From Octopus bimaculoides (lineage: Eukaryota), in NCBI RefSeq assembly GCF_001194135.2, contig NC_068982.1, positions 47,748,381 to 47,796,222 on the forward strand: a DNA stretch of 47,842 nucleotides, written 5' to 3'. The notes beneath the pieces are model-generated. The model saw only the letters and a list, made by a program, of their open reading frames with translations. It was not told the DNA's origin and ran no database searches. How positions within the stretch are numbered: position 1 is the first letter of the stretch; each line of letters opens with the position of its first letter. Shown in pieces: positions 45,591 to 47,842 of the stretch. A program made the position numbers and the translations under genes.

Positions 45591-46435
45591 CAAGATGCAA
45601 TGGGTAAATTGTCGCCATTTCACATTTTTAATTTCACATATGCACATTGTTTGTTTTTGATTTTGTCAACTAGACAGTATAGTAGGGTCAGTTGGGCACC
45701 ATATGTGAGAAAGACAGCATCATGATGCAATTCACTCTGCTAGAAATTTGGAAACAATGTGCTGTACTGCTTGGAATTCACAGAGGAAGTTCCACCACAA
45801 ATATTTCAGAGTGTTTGGGTGTCAATCTAAGGACAAGTACCGAGTGTGATAAAAATCAAACATCCATTCAAAATCAGAATGTTTGGAGTGATCAAGTGAT
45901 CACTAGTGATGATGACATTATGCCTCCATTCATCTTCTCACACAGCCTCAGATTCAACATGTAGGCCTACATCAACTGCCTGGAGGAGGTAGTGCTGCCC
46001 TGGGTCAAGAGGGTGACTACTGGAAGACCCTATATCTGGTAACATGACTCTGCACCATGCCACACAAGGAGGAGAACCCAGTCATGGCTGTCAGACAATT
46101 TCTGTGACCACATCACCCCTACCATCTGGCCACCTAACTGACCAGACTGCAACCTTCTTGATTATTATGTGTGGGGAGCAGTTGAGCGAGTGACCACCAA
46201 AACTCTTTGTAACATGAAAGATGAATTGAAGGCAAGGATTATGACCGTCCAGAAGAGTTGTAGAAGATTCCAATGTCATCTGGGGGCTGTGGTTGAAACC
46301 AATGGTGATTTTATTGAATAAATTTACTGTTTAGTATTTCAAGATATTTTTATGTAATTTTTATATAATTTTTGTAAAAATAACACTGTCAGTGTTATTT
46401 TCATTTTTGCGTAATTTAGATGTAAGTTTATTCAC
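45591..46435 (+). mobile_element. Internally deleted maT-type (DD37D) transposon
   Basis: TA followed by 'caagatgcaatgggtaaattgtcgccatt'. 'MPPFIF...YINCLEEVVLPWVK...HDSAPCHT...IWPPN*PDCNLLDYYVWGAVE' has 37 residues between the last two Asp. Confidence 0.85.
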
Positions 46436-46610
46436 NNNNNNNNNNNNNNNNNNNNNNNNNNNNNNNNNNNNNNNNNNNNNNNNNNNNNNNNNNNNNNNNN
46501 NNNNNNNNNNNNNNNNNNNNNNNNNNNNNNNNNNNNNNNNNNNNNNNNNNNNNNNNNNNNNNNNNNNNNNNNNNNNNNNNNNNNNNNNNNNNNNNNNNNN
46601 NNNNNNNNNN

Positions 46611-46645
<35 letters not shown>

Positions 46646-47439
46646 ACATATATTTGTATATATACATATATGTTTGTATATATTGTATATACACATATGT
46701 TTGTATATATTACTATGAAATGTGAAATTTGTGAGTGTAAATATATAAGTGCGTAATGTTTTAAACTTATCAGCCAAAGTGTGCATGCAACAGTTCAAAA
46801 AAAAAAAAAAAGAAGTAAGAAGAGAAACTGAACAGGAATGGACCATAAACTCAAATCACAGATTAAAACTTTTGAAAATATTTCCTGATCGCACAACAGT
46901 CTATTCAGCAATTCCTTTGATTTTCTGGTGGATTCAGGTGAAACCGATTTACTATTTTAATTGCTGTAACTGCTACAGCCTCTACGACCACGATGACGAT
47001 GATGACGACGACGACGAAGACGACGACCACGACCACTATTACTACCAGCACTACCACTGCTATCACTGTTGTTCGGGAATGGAAAGTATTCTTTAAGACA
47101 AGCAATATAATAGATGTAGTGTTATCATGGGAATCATTCCACTTGATTTTCATATTGCCCCTGGACAGCATATATTACATAGAAAACAGAAACAATGAAC
47201 ATAAGGAAAATATAAAGTGAACTGAAATAAACTCCTTCAGTTAACTGTAAGCAGAAAAAAAATGGATGAATTTTTACAGCCAAAAATTATTTGATAATAC
47301 TCCAGCTGGTTTTCAAGCTCAGTCAAAATAATCACATTGGGATTGCAGTTTTCATATTTATTGTAACCAACATCATTGCGTCAAAAGAAACTAAGAGATT
47401 CTTATTGACAAACTCATCATCGTCGTTGTCATCATCATT

Positions 47440-47665
47440 GCCGTCATCATCATCGTCTTCGTTGTCATCATTTAATGTTCACTTTTCCATGCTTGCATGG
47501 GTTAAATGGGAGTATTTTTGAGGCAGATTTTCTATGGCTGGATGCCCTTCCTGTCACCAACCCTCACTTGTTTCCAAGTGAGGCAATATTTCCCTGTGGC
47601 TCGTGGCTTGTATGACATTTACAACTACCATGTGATGTCAAGACAAGGAGGCACAAATGCTCACA
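47440..47665 (-). mobile_element. RTE-tailed element (variant E), internally shortened
   Basis: 'cacttttccatgcttgcatggg...gatgcccttcctgtcaccaaccctcac..gtttccaag'. Confidence 0.8.
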
Positions 47666-47741
47666 CACACACATATACATATATAATACATATATACACA
47701 CACACACAGAGGTCTATATATACATAACACAAAAACCCCAT

Positions 47742-47790
<49 letters not shown>

Positions 47791-47794
47791 TATA

Positions 47795-47842
47795 GGCGGA
47801 GGAGTGGCTGTGTGGTAAGTAGCTTGCTTACCAACCACATAG
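47795..47842 (+). mobile_element. SINE family A head, running off the window
   Basis: 'ggcggaggagtggctgtgtggtaagtagcttgcttaccaaccacat'. Confidence 0.85.

Overview
Repeat-saturated, AT-rich animal DNA from a gapped short-read assembly. No host protein-coding gene could be supported. The SINE families and extreme microsatellite load suggest an octopus (e.g. Octopus bimaculoides); this is an inference, not database-checked. Content: ~20 copies or fragments of a tRNA-headed SINE with a built-in (TA/TG)n microsatellite (family A), two further tRNA-headed SINEs (B, C), RTE-tailed (GAT)n elements (D/E), decayed RTE, R4/Dong-type and other LINE fragments, two clades of Penelope-like elements (PLEs), a Helitron 3' end, five Tc1/mariner remnants, mariner and piggyBac-like MITEs, and foldback elements. 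Family letters are my own labels. The most interesting signal is a set of about seven hammerhead-ribozyme-like motifs from several unrelated sequence families. Three cases stand out. (i) A PLE at 33.1-33.8 kb has a 3' region reading: 76-nt tRNA-like module, (AAT)n, hammerhead, with no T4 Pol III terminator. (ii) A 138-bp fold-back insertion of the same family at 13.26 kb has a 12-bp TSD, and its inverted part starts exactly at the predicted hammerhead cleavage site. (iii) A ~305-nt retrozyme-like monomer at 6.0-6.35 kb has a GUC hammerhead, plus an inverted copy that spans its end-to-start junction.
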